Shown: positions 51,166-58,775 of the stretch, one piece after another | Layout: each line of letters opens with the position of its first letter | Position numbering within the stretch: the stretch's first letter is position 1 | DNA from: Candidatus Methylomirabilota bacterium | GTDB taxonomy: Bacteria > Methylomirabilota > Methylomirabilia > Rokubacteriales > CSP1-6 | DNA: 64,000 nt | Reading direction: 5' to 3' | Assembly: GCA_036397135.1 (NCBI GenBank) | Contig: DASWJN010000144.1 | Location: forward strand, 266-64,265 | Translations under genes and position numbers: made by a program | The notes under the pieces: generated by a model | What the model was told of the DNA's origin: nothing | The model's input: the letters and a program-made list of their open reading frames with translations, nothing else | Databases searched by the model: none

Positions 51166-52388
51166 CCGCGACCCTCGACGGCCGGGAGCTCATTCTGGGC
51201 GTCACCGGCTCCATCGCCGCCTACAAGGCGGTCTACCTGCTGCGCGATCTGACCCGGCGGGGGGCGCGCGTGAGCGTGTGCCTGAGCGAGCACGCTCGGG
51301 AGTTCGTGGGGCCGCTCACGTTCCGCACGCTCTCGGGGCGGCCGGTCCTCACCGATCTGTTCGACCCGCAGAGCGACGCGGCCGTCGAGCACGTCGCCCT
51401 GGCCGAGCGGGCCGCCGCCGTGGTGGTGGCGCCGGCCACCGCCAATCTGCTCGCCAAGGCCGCCCACGGCATCGCCGACGACTTCCTCACGACGGTGCTG
51501 CTGGCCGCGCGCTGCCCGGTCGTGGTGGCGCCGGCCATGGACGGCGGGATGTGGCTGCACCCGGCCGTCGCCGCCAACGTCGCCGCGCTTCGCGCCCGCG
51601 GCGTGACGGTGCTGGAGCCCGACACCGGCGCGCTGGCCTCGGGGCTGAGCGCCCGCGGGCGGCTGCCGGAAGTGGACGTGATCGTCGAGGCCGTGCTCGG
51701 CGCGCTCACCCCCGCCCGCGATCTGGCCGGCGAGCGGGTGCTCGTCACGGCGGGGCCCACCCGCGAGCCGATCGATCCTGTCCGCTACATCTCCAACCGC
51801 TCGTCGGGCCGCATGGGGTACGCGCTGGCCGCCGCCGCCAGCCGCCGCGGGGCCGAGGTCACGCTGGTCTCGGGGCCGACGGCGCTGACGCCGCCGCCCG
51901 CGGCGACGTTCGTCCCGGTGCAGACGGCCGAGGAAATGCGCGAGGCGGTGCTCCAGCACGCCGGGCGCGCGAGCGTCGTGATCAAGGCGGCAGCCGTCGC
52001 CGACTACCGGGTACGGCACGCCGCCGACCAGAAGATCAAGGGCAAGCAGGATCTCACGCTCGAGCTCACGCCCAACCCCGACATCCTGGCCGAGGTGGCC
52101 GCCCGCGCCGGAGACGTGTTCATCGTCGGCTTCGCCGCCGAGACGACCGACGTGGTCGCCAACGCGCGGGCCAAGCTCACCGCCAAGGGCATCGACCTGC
52201 TCGTCGCCAACGACGTGAGCCGACGCGACATCGGGTTCGACGCCGAGGACAACGAGGTGCTGCTGATCGACCGCTGGGGCGGCAGCCGCGCGCTGCCGCG
52301 GATGCCCAAGGCGGCGGTGGCCGACGCCATCCTCGATGAGCTCGTGGCGCTGCGCAGGGCCCACCCGGCGCGCAAGGCCGTGCGCTGA
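51162..52388 (+). CDS. coaBC: bifunctional phosphopantothenoylcysteine decarboxylase / phosphopantothenate-cysteine ligase
   Basis: 408-aa [16 protein letters not shown]...[10 protein letters not shown]...[25 protein letters not shown]...FAAET. Confidence 0.9.
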   Translation: MTATLDGRELILGVTGSIAAYKAVYLLRDLTRRGARVSVCLSEHAREFVGPLTFRTLSGRPVLTDLFDPQSDAAVEHVALAERAAAVVVAPATANLLAKAAHGIADDFLTTVLLAARCPVVVAPAMDGGMWLHPAVAANVAALRARGVTVLEPDTGALASGLSARGRLPEVDVIVEAVLGALTPARDLAGERVLVTAGPTREPIDPVRYISNRSSGRMGYALAAAASRRGAEVTLVSGPTALTPPPAATFVPVQTAEEMREAVLQHAGRASVVIKAAAVADYRVRHAADQKIKGKQDLTLELTPNPDILAEVAARAGDVFIVGFAAETTDVVANARAKLTAKGIDLLVANDVSRRDIGFDAEDNEVLLIDRWGGSRALPRMPKAAVADAILDELVALRRAHPARKAVR

Positions 52389-53074
52389 GCGAGGATCCCC
52401 GCGCCGTCCTGGCCGACGCTCTCGGCGCGCTGGCCGCCACCCTCCGGTTCCATCGCGATCTCGGAGTCGAGACGCTCGCGCTTGCCGGCGACATCCTGCC
52501 GTCCCCGGCCGAGGCGCTGCGCGCGCAGGAGCAGGCGCTGCAGGGCTGCCGCCGCTGCAAGCTCGGCGAAGGCCGCCACACGATCGTGTTCGGCGCGGGC
52601 AACCCCGCGGCCGACCTCGTGGTCATCGGCGAGGGGCCGGGCGCCGACGAGGACGCGCAGGGCCTGCCGTTCGTCGGCCGCGCCGGTCAGCTGCTCACGA
52701 AGATGCTGGAGGCGGTGAAGCTCTCGCGCGACGACGTCTATATCCTGAACGCGGTCAAGTGTCGACCGCCCGGCAACCGGAATCCCGAGGCGGACGAGCT
52801 GGCGGCCTGCGCGCCGTTCCTCGCGGAGCAATTCGGCGTCGTCCAGCCGAAGGTGATCCTTTCGCTCGGCAGCGTGGCGACGCAGGCGCTGCTCCGCACC
52901 AGGGAGCCGATCGGCAAGCTGCGCGGGCGCATCCACCCGTACGGCAACGCGGTCCTGATCCCCACCTTCCATCCCGCCTTCCTGCTGCGCAACCCCGGCC
53001 AGGACTACAAGCGAATGGCCTGGGAGGACCTCAAGCTCGCCCGACGGGAGTACGACGCGCGCCGCACGCGATGA
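52385..53074 (+). CDS. uracil-DNA glycosylase family 4; start codon uncertain
   Basis: The listed ORF 52586..53074 ([26 protein letters not shown]) lacks the Fe-S CxxC. In frame upstream, [19 protein letters not shown] is open back to 52340 with no ATG/GTG/TTG. CTG 52385 overlaps the coaBC stop. Confidence 0.7.
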   Translation: MSEDPRAVLADALGALAATLRFHRDLGVETLALAGDILPSPAEALRAQEQALQGCRRCKLGEGRHTIVFGAGNPAADLVVIGEGPGADEDAQGLPFVGRAGQLLTKMLEAVKLSRDDVYILNAVKCRPPGNRNPEADELAACAPFLAEQFGVVQPKVILSLGSVATQALLRTREPIGKLRGRIHPYGNAVLIPTFHPAFLLRNPGQDYKRMAWEDLKLARREYDARRTR

Positions 53075-53081
53075 GGCGGGT

Positions 53082-54884
53082 GTGATCGCCGAGGTGGCGT
53101 TCGACGCGCCGGTCGACCACCCGTTCTCGTACCGGGTCCCTTCGGGGCTCCCGGTCGCGGCCGGGCAGCGCGTGCTGGCCCCGCTGCGGGGTGCCCGGCG
53201 GGTGGGCATGGTCATCCGGCTGCGCGAGGGCGACGAGGGCGGGCTCAAGGCGCTCCTCGGTGCGGCCGATCGGGCGCCCGTCCTCACGCCCGCCCGGCTC
53301 GCGCTGGTGGAGTGGATCGCCCGCGAGTCGCTGTCCTCCGTCGGCTCGACGTGCGCCGCCCTCCTGCCGCCGCCCGGTCCGGGTGCGCCGCCCCGGGCGG
53401 CGACCGGACCGGAGCCGACGACGGCGTCGTCCGTGGAGGTGCTCGTCGGCGCCGGGCGCGAGCGCCGGCTGCTCGATCGGGCGGCCGAGGCCCGCCGGGC
53501 GCTGGTGATCGTCCCCGACGTGGAGGCGGCCGCGCGGTGGGCCCAGCGTCTGGCCCGGCTGGGGCCCGTGCTGCGGCTGGATTCCGGCATCGACGGCGCC
53601 GAGCGCACCGAAGGGTGGACGCGGTTCGGCGAGGGTGCCGCCCGCCTGGCCGTCGGCACGCGCTCGGCGCTGCTGGCGCCGCTGCCGGCGCCGGGGCTGC
53701 TGGCGCTGGTCGACGAGCACGAGGCCGCGCACAGGCCGCCGGGGTCCCCACGCATCCATTCGCGCGAGGTCGTGCTGGAGCGCGCCCGCCGTGAGCGGCT
53801 GGCCGCGGTCATGACGTCGGCCACGCCGAGCGTCGAGACCTGGTGGCGGGCCACGGACCGCGGCGGCATGGCGATGGCGCCGCCGGTGCCGGGCCCGTGG
53901 CCGGCGGCGACGGTCGCCGACACGCGCGGCATCCTGCGCCGCGAGCCGCTCACGCCGCCGCTGGCCCGGGCCGTGCGTGAGACGCTGGCGGCGGGCCGGC
54001 GCGTGCTGCTGGTGGTCAGCCGCCTGGCCTCGGCGCTGGCCTGCGACGAGTGCGGCGAGATCGTCCGCTGCCCGGAGTGTGCGCTGGCCCTGGCCTACTC
54101 GCGCACGGGCGCGACGCTGGCATGCCGTCTGTGCGGGATCGCGGTGCCGCTGATGGAGGCCTGCGGCACCTGCCGGGGGCGGCGGCTCTCGCCCTTCGGC
54201 TGGGGACTGGAACGCGTCGAGCACGCCGTTCGCCGGCGCTTCGCCAGGGCGCGGGTGGCGCGCTGGGACCCCGAGGCGTCGCGCGGGGCCCGCGGCGAGG
54301 CGCAGCGGGCGGCGGCGGCCGCTGCCGAGATCGTCATCGGCACCCGCGGGGCGCTGCGGCTCTTCGGCCCCGCCTCCCTCGGGCTGGCCGGCTTCGTCGC
54401 GCTCGACCAGCTGCTCCGCCTGCCCGACTTCCGGGCCGGCGAGCGGATGTTCGCGCTGCTGTGGGCGGCGGCCGAGCGCGTGGGCGGGCACGGCGCGCTG
54501 GTGATCCAGTCGCAGAACCCCACCCACTACGCGCTGGACGCGGTCGTGCGCCAGGACCTGGCCGCCTTCTACCGCCCCGAGGTGAAGTTCCGCGCCGAGC
54601 TGGGCTACCCGCCCTTCCGGCGGCTCGCGGTGGTCACCGTGACCGGCGGCGCCGACCCCCGCGCGCTCGCCGACGAGGTGGCGGCCGCGCTGCGCGCCTC
54701 GCCGCGGCTCACCGTGTATCCGCCCGTCGCCGAGCGCCGCGCGCGAGCGCGGCGGATCGTCGTGAAGGGCGATGCCGATCTGCCGGTCGTCCTGGCCGGA
54801 GCGCTGGAGGACTTCCGCGGACCGCGCCCGAAGGGCCGCGGTATCATGAGCGTGGAGGTGGATCCGGTCGAATGGCCGTCCTGA
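53082..54884 (+). CDS. priA: primosomal protein N-prime (PriA) homologue with degenerate Walker A
   Basis: MIAEVAFDAPVDHPFSYRVP, MTSATPS, Cys-rich CDECGEIVRCPECALALAYS...CRLCG...CGTCRG, and LGYPPF all fit PriA. VLVGAGRERRLL stands where GxGKT is expected. Confidence 0.75.
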   Translation: MIAEVAFDAPVDHPFSYRVPSGLPVAAGQRVLAPLRGARRVGMVIRLREGDEGGLKALLGAADRAPVLTPARLALVEWIARESLSSVGSTCAALLPPPGPGAPPRAATGPEPTTASSVEVLVGAGRERRLLDRAAEARRALVIVPDVEAAARWAQRLARLGPVLRLDSGIDGAERTEGWTRFGEGAARLAVGTRSALLAPLPAPGLLALVDEHEAAHRPPGSPRIHSREVVLERARRERLAAVMTSATPSVETWWRATDRGGMAMAPPVPGPWPAATVADTRGILRREPLTPPLARAVRETLAAGRRVLLVVSRLASALACDECGEIVRCPECALALAYSRTGATLACRLCGIAVPLMEACGTCRGRRLSPFGWGLERVEHAVRRRFARARVARWDPEASRGARGEAQRAAAAAAEIVIGTRGALRLFGPASLGLAGFVALDQLLRLPDFRAGERMFALLWAAAERVGGHGALVIQSQNPTHYALDAVVRQDLAAFYRPEVKFRAELGYPPFRRLAVVTVTGGADPRALADEVAAALRASPRLTVYPPVAERRARARRIVVKGDADLPVVLAGALEDFRGPRPKGRGIMSVEVDPVEWPS

Positions 54885-55396
54885 GCGTCCGTCGCTACGG
54901 TGATCCCGTGCTGCGGCGTCGCGCCCGTGACGTCGAGGCGGTGACCCCCGAGATCCGTCGTCTCGTCGACGACATGGTCGACACGATGTACGACGAGGTC
55001 GGCATCGGCCTGGCGGCGCCGCAGGTCGGCGTGTCGCTGCGGCTGATGGTGGTCGGCGACGAGGAGGGCCGCGGGGTCCAGGCCCTTGTCAACCCCGCGA
55101 TCACCGAACAGGGTGGCGAGGTGAAGGCCGAGGAGGGCTGCCTGTCGCTGCCCGGGATCTTCGCCTCCGTCACGCGAGCCGAGTGGGTGACGCTGGAGGC
55201 GCAGGACCTCGAGGGCCGGCCGGTGTCGATCACGGCCCGGGGGCTGCGCGCTCGCGTGTTTCAGCACGAGATCGACCACCTCGACGGCGTGCTGTTCATC
55301 GACCGGCTGGAGCCCGTCGTGCGCGACCGCGTCAAGCGGCGGATCAAGAAGGAAGGCTTCTCGGAGGACGCCGGCCACCGCGCCTTCGTGCTGTAG
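54872..55396 (+). CDS. def: peptide deformylase
   Basis: ATG 54872. GIGLAAPQVG, EGCLSLPG, QHEIDHLDG are the three Def motifs. Confidence 0.9.
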   Translation: MAVLSVRRYGDPVLRRRARDVEAVTPEIRRLVDDMVDTMYDEVGIGLAAPQVGVSLRLMVVGDEEGRGVQALVNPAITEQGGEVKAEEGCLSLPGIFASVTRAEWVTLEAQDLEGRPVSITARGLRARVFQHEIDHLDGVLFIDRLEPVVRDRVKRRIKKEGFSEDAGHRAFVL

Positions 55397-55400
55397 TCCG

Positions 55401-56318
55401 CTGAACGTCCTCTTTTACGGCACGCCGGCCTTTGCGCTCCCCGCGTTCGAGGCGCTTCGCCGTCACCACACGATCGTCACCGTCGTCACCCAGCCCGACC
55501 GGCCGGCCCACCGCGGCCAGCGGCTGACGCCGCCCCCGGTCAAGGTGGCGGCCCTCGAGGCCGGCCTGCCGGTCGTACAGCCTGCGCGGCTGCGCGACCC
55601 CGAGTGGCCGGAGCGGCTGCAGGTGCTGGGGGCCGACGTGGCGGTGGTGGTCGCGTTCGGGCAGATCCTGCCGCAGGCCGTGCTGGACGCGCCCGCCCGC
55701 GGGTCCATCAACATCCACGGCTCGCTGCTGCCGAAGTACCGGGGGGCGGCGCCGATCCAGTGGGCGATCATCCGCGGCGAGACGGTGACCGGGATCACCA
55801 CGTTCCAGATGGACGCCGGCATGGACACCGGTCCAGTGCTGCTCACCGCCGACACACCGATCGGGGCCGACGAGACCGCCGGCGAGCTGGCCGAGCGGCT
55901 GGCCCACCTGGGCGCCCAGGTGATCCTCGACACGCTCGCCCGGCTCGACACGCTCACCCCGGTGCCCCAGCGGCACCAGGACGCCACCCTGGCCCCGCGC
56001 TTGAAGAAGACCGACGGCGTGCTCGACTGCCGGCGCCCGGCGCGCGAGCTCGTGAACCTGGTGCGCGGCTGCAATCCGTGGCCGGGCGCCACCATCGCGG
56101 TTCCCGGCGGCACGCTGACGCTCTGGCGGGCGCGGGCCGTCGCCGGCGAGGCGCCGCCCGGGACCCTCGTCCCCCACGGGCGGACGCTCGCCGTGGCCGC
56201 CGGGACGGGCGCGGTGCTGCCGCTGGAAGTCCAGCCCGAGAGCCGGCGCGCCGTCGGCTGGGACGAGTACCTGCGCGGCGCCCGTCTGGCCGCGGGCCAG
56301 CGGCTCGCGACGCCATGA
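55401..56318 (+). CDS. fmt: methionyl-tRNA formyltransferase; apparent CTG start
   Basis: The listed ORF starts at 55545, but the conserved N-terminus LNVLFYGTPAFALPAFEAL...VVTQPDRP is in frame from CTG 55401, 5 nt after the def stop. HGSLLPKYRGAAPIQ is present. Confidence 0.8.
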   Translation: MNVLFYGTPAFALPAFEALRRHHTIVTVVTQPDRPAHRGQRLTPPPVKVAALEAGLPVVQPARLRDPEWPERLQVLGADVAVVVAFGQILPQAVLDAPARGSINIHGSLLPKYRGAAPIQWAIIRGETVTGITTFQMDAGMDTGPVLLTADTPIGADETAGELAERLAHLGAQVILDTLARLDTLTPVPQRHQDATLAPRLKKTDGVLDCRRPARELVNLVRGCNPWPGATIAVPGGTLTLWRARAVAGEAPPGTLVPHGRTLAVAAGTGAVLPLEVQPESRRAVGWDEYLRGARLAAGQRLATP

Positions 56319-57691
56319 GCGGAGCGGCCGGCCGGCGGCCGGACGCACGCGACGCTCGGGCGCCGCGGCCGTCGCCGGCCCGGGCGGTCGCGGCGCGCGT
56401 GCTGGAGCGCGTGGAGACCGACGCGGCGTTCGCCGACCTGGCGCTCGACGCCGAGCTGTCGCGGCGTGGACTGCCACCGCGCGACGTCGCGCTGGCCACC
56501 GAGGTGATCTACGGCACGCTCCGCTGGCAGCGCTATCTCGACTGGATCCTGGCGCCCCATTCCCGGCGGCGGCTGCCCGCGCTGGACCCGCGCGTGCGCG
56601 TGCTGCTCCGGATGACCGCCTACCAGATCGCCTTCCTCGAACGCGTTCCGGCCTTCGCGGCCGTGAACGACGCCGTCACGCTGGTCCGCGGCGCGCCGGG
56701 GATCGCCGCCTACGTCAACGCCGTCCTTCGCGCCTTCACCCGCCGTGGCGTCGCCGAGCGCGAGCCGCCGCTGCCGCGCGACCCGCTGGAAGCGCTGGCC
56801 ACGCGCTGCTCGTTCCCGACGTGGCTGGCCGGGCGGTGGGTCGCGCGCTACGGCGCCACGGAGGCGGAGGCGCTGATGCGCGCCCTCAACGAGCGCCCGC
56901 CACTGACTGTCCGCGCCAACACGCTGCGCACCAGCCGGGAGGCGTTGGCCGCGCGGCTGCGCGCGGACCACCTCGAAGCCCGCGCCACCGCCCTGGCGCC
57001 GGAGGGCGTTGTGGTCGAGGGCGGCGGCGACCCCGGCGGCTGGCGGGCGTTCGCCGAGGGCCTGTGCGCCATCCAGGACGAGGGCTCGATGCTCGTGGCG
57101 CGACTGCTCGAGCCCGAGGCAGGGGCCACGGTCGCCGACGTGTGCGCGGCGCCGGGCACGAAGACGACCCACCTCGCCCAGCTGATGGACAACCGCGGCC
57201 GCGTGCTGGCGTTCGATCCCCAGCCGGCGCGCCTGGGTCGGATCGGCGAGGCCGCCGAGCGGCTGGGCGTGACGATCGTGCAAGCGGTTCAGGGGGAGGT
57301 GGAAACGCTGGCGCCGGCGTGGGCCGGCGCGTGCGACGGCGTGCTCGTCGACGCGCCCTGCACGAACCTCGGCGTGCTGCGGCGCAACCCCGAGGTGAAG
57401 TGGCGCCGGCGGCCGGCCGACCTGGCGGCCGCCGCCGACCGCCAGCGCGGCATCCTGGCGGCGGCGAGCGCGCTCGTGCGGCCGGGCGGCCGCCTCGTCT
57501 ATGCGACCTGCTCCCTGGAGCCGGAGGAAAACGACGACGTCGCGCGCGACTTCCTGGTCTCCCGTCCCGACTTCGTGGTGGATTCGCCGGCGCAGTTCCC
57601 CGTCGCGCCCGACGCCGCCGGCTTCGTGCGCTGCCTGCCGCACCGGCACGGCACCGACGGGTTCACCGCCGTCCGCTGGCGCCGGCGCTGA
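56315..57691 (+). CDS. rsmB: 16S rRNA (cytosine-C5)-methyltransferase RsmB/Sun
   Basis: ATG 56315 (ATGA overlap with fmt). NusB-like N-domain, then DVCAAPGTKT...LVDAPCTNLGVLRRNPE...LVYATCSLEPEEN. Confidence 0.85.
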   Translation: MSGAAGRRPDARDARAPRPSPARAVAARVLERVETDAAFADLALDAELSRRGLPPRDVALATEVIYGTLRWQRYLDWILAPHSRRRLPALDPRVRVLLRMTAYQIAFLERVPAFAAVNDAVTLVRGAPGIAAYVNAVLRAFTRRGVAEREPPLPRDPLEALATRCSFPTWLAGRWVARYGATEAEALMRALNERPPLTVRANTLRTSREALAARLRADHLEARATALAPEGVVVEGGGDPGGWRAFAEGLCAIQDEGSMLVARLLEPEAGATVADVCAAPGTKTTHLAQLMDNRGRVLAFDPQPARLGRIGEAAERLGVTIVQAVQGEVETLAPAWAGACDGVLVDAPCTNLGVLRRNPEVKWRRRPADLAAAADRQRGILAAASALVRPGGRLVYATCSLEPEENDDVARDFLVSRPDFVVDSPAQFPVAPDAAGFVRCLPHRHGTDGFTAVRWRRR

Positions 57692-57714
57692 GCCGTTTGG
57701 GGTATAACAGGGGC

Positions 57715-58380
57715 GTGATCAAGATCGCGCCATCGATCCTCTCCGCCGACTTCGGGATCCTCGCCGAGGAGATCGCGAAGGTGGAGGCGGCCGGCGCCGA
57801 CCAGCTGCACATCGACGTGATGGACGGCCGCTTCGTGCCGAACATCTCGATGGGCTTCCCGATCCTCGACGCCATCCGCAAGCGCACCCGGCTGCCGCTC
57901 GACCTGCACCTGATGATCGTCGAGCCCGAGAAATACCTGGCCGAGTTCGCCGCGCGCGGCGCCGACCTGCTGACCGTCCACGTGGAGACCTGCCCGCACC
58001 TGCAGCGCACGCTCGTCAGCATCCGTGAGCTGGCCGGCAAGCGCGGCGCGCCGGTGAAGGCCGGCGCCGCGCTCAACCCCTCCACGCACCCCTCGGCGCT
58101 CGACTACGTGGTCGACGACCTCGACCTGGTGCTGGTGATGTCGGTGAACCCCGGCTTCGGCGGCCAGACGCTCATCCCCGCGGTCTATCCGAAGATCCGC
58201 CAGGTCCGCTCGCTGCTGGCCACGCGTCCCGTCGACGTCTCCATCGACGGCGGCGTCAAGGTCGAGCACGCCCGTCCCCTCGCCGAGCACGGTGCCTCGA
58301 TCCTGGTGGCCGGCTCGGCCGTCTTCGAGGCCGCCGACCCGGTCGCGGTCATCAAGCAGATGCGCGGCGCCGCGGGCTGA
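57715..58380 (+). CDS. rpe: ribulose-phosphate 3-epimerase
   Basis: GTG 57715. IAPSILSADF...HIDVMDGRFVPN...LVMSVNPGFGGQ...DGG. Confidence 0.9.
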   Translation: MIKIAPSILSADFGILAEEIAKVEAAGADQLHIDVMDGRFVPNISMGFPILDAIRKRTRLPLDLHLMIVEPEKYLAEFAARGADLLTVHVETCPHLQRTLVSIRELAGKRGAPVKAGAALNPSTHPSALDYVVDDLDLVLVMSVNPGFGGQTLIPAVYPKIRQVRSLLATRPVDVSIDGGVKVEHARPLAEHGASILVAGSAVFEAADPVAVIKQMRGAAG

Positions 58381-58496
58381 GCCCACGCCTCGGACCGCGC
58401 AAGATCCGCGCGCCCCACGCGAACAATCGGCCAGGCCCGACGCCGGCGTGTGCCTGGCGGTTGCTCGAAGTCCTCGATTCTGCGGGGCTCGGCCCC

Positions 58497-58511
58497 TGGC
58501 ACTCGCCTTGC
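58497..58511 (+). promoter_or_regulatory. sigma-54 (-24/-12) promoter candidate
   Basis: TGGCACtcgccTTGC (exact), 27 nt upstream of GTG 58538, with GGCGGAGG in between. Confidence 0.5.
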
Positions 58512-58537
58512 CCTGACTCCCCCGGCGGAGGCCAAAC

Positions 58538-58702
58538 GTGAGACTGCTCAGAGCGCTCGGAATCCGACGGTGGGACTGGCGGACGTGCTGGCGTACCTAC
58601 GACTTCTGGCGTTTCGTGGCGGTGTGGTTCGTGCCGTTCGGGTTCCTGCTCCTCGTGCTCGAGTGGCAGCCGGTCCGAGCACGCGTTCGTCCCCGTCGCT
58701 GA
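58538..58702 (+). CDS. candidate 54-aa Trp/Arg-rich single-pass membrane peptide
   Basis: Own translation VRLLRALGIRRWDWRTCWRTYDFWRFVAVWFVPFGFLLLVLEWQPVRARVRPRR*. Too short for the ORF track. Supported by the promoter and RBS geometry only. Confidence 0.4.
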   Translation: MRLLRALGIRRWDWRTCWRTYDFWRFVAVWFVPFGFLLLVLEWQPVRARVRPRR

Positions 58703-58734
58703 CACCGGCCCTTCTTGCCCTCTGACTCGCGGAG

Positions 58735-58763
58735 TTGAAATCTTCCGCGTAGTTGCGTAGACT
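58735..58763 (+). promoter_or_regulatory. sigma-70-like promoter candidate for ffh, near-leaderless geometry
   Basis: TTGAAA (58735-58740), a 17-nt spacer, then TAGACT (58758-58763). The ATG at 58776 is 13 nt after the -10 with no Shine-Dalgarno. Confidence 0.4.
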
Positions 58764-58775
58764 CACACTCTTTCC

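Noticed and set aside
58381-58496. Hairpins after rpe (acgccggcgt palindrome nested in gccagg...cctggc), a possible intrinsic terminator.
   Set aside because: No U-tract follows, and such GC palindromes are frequent here. Insufficient evidence to annotate a terminator.
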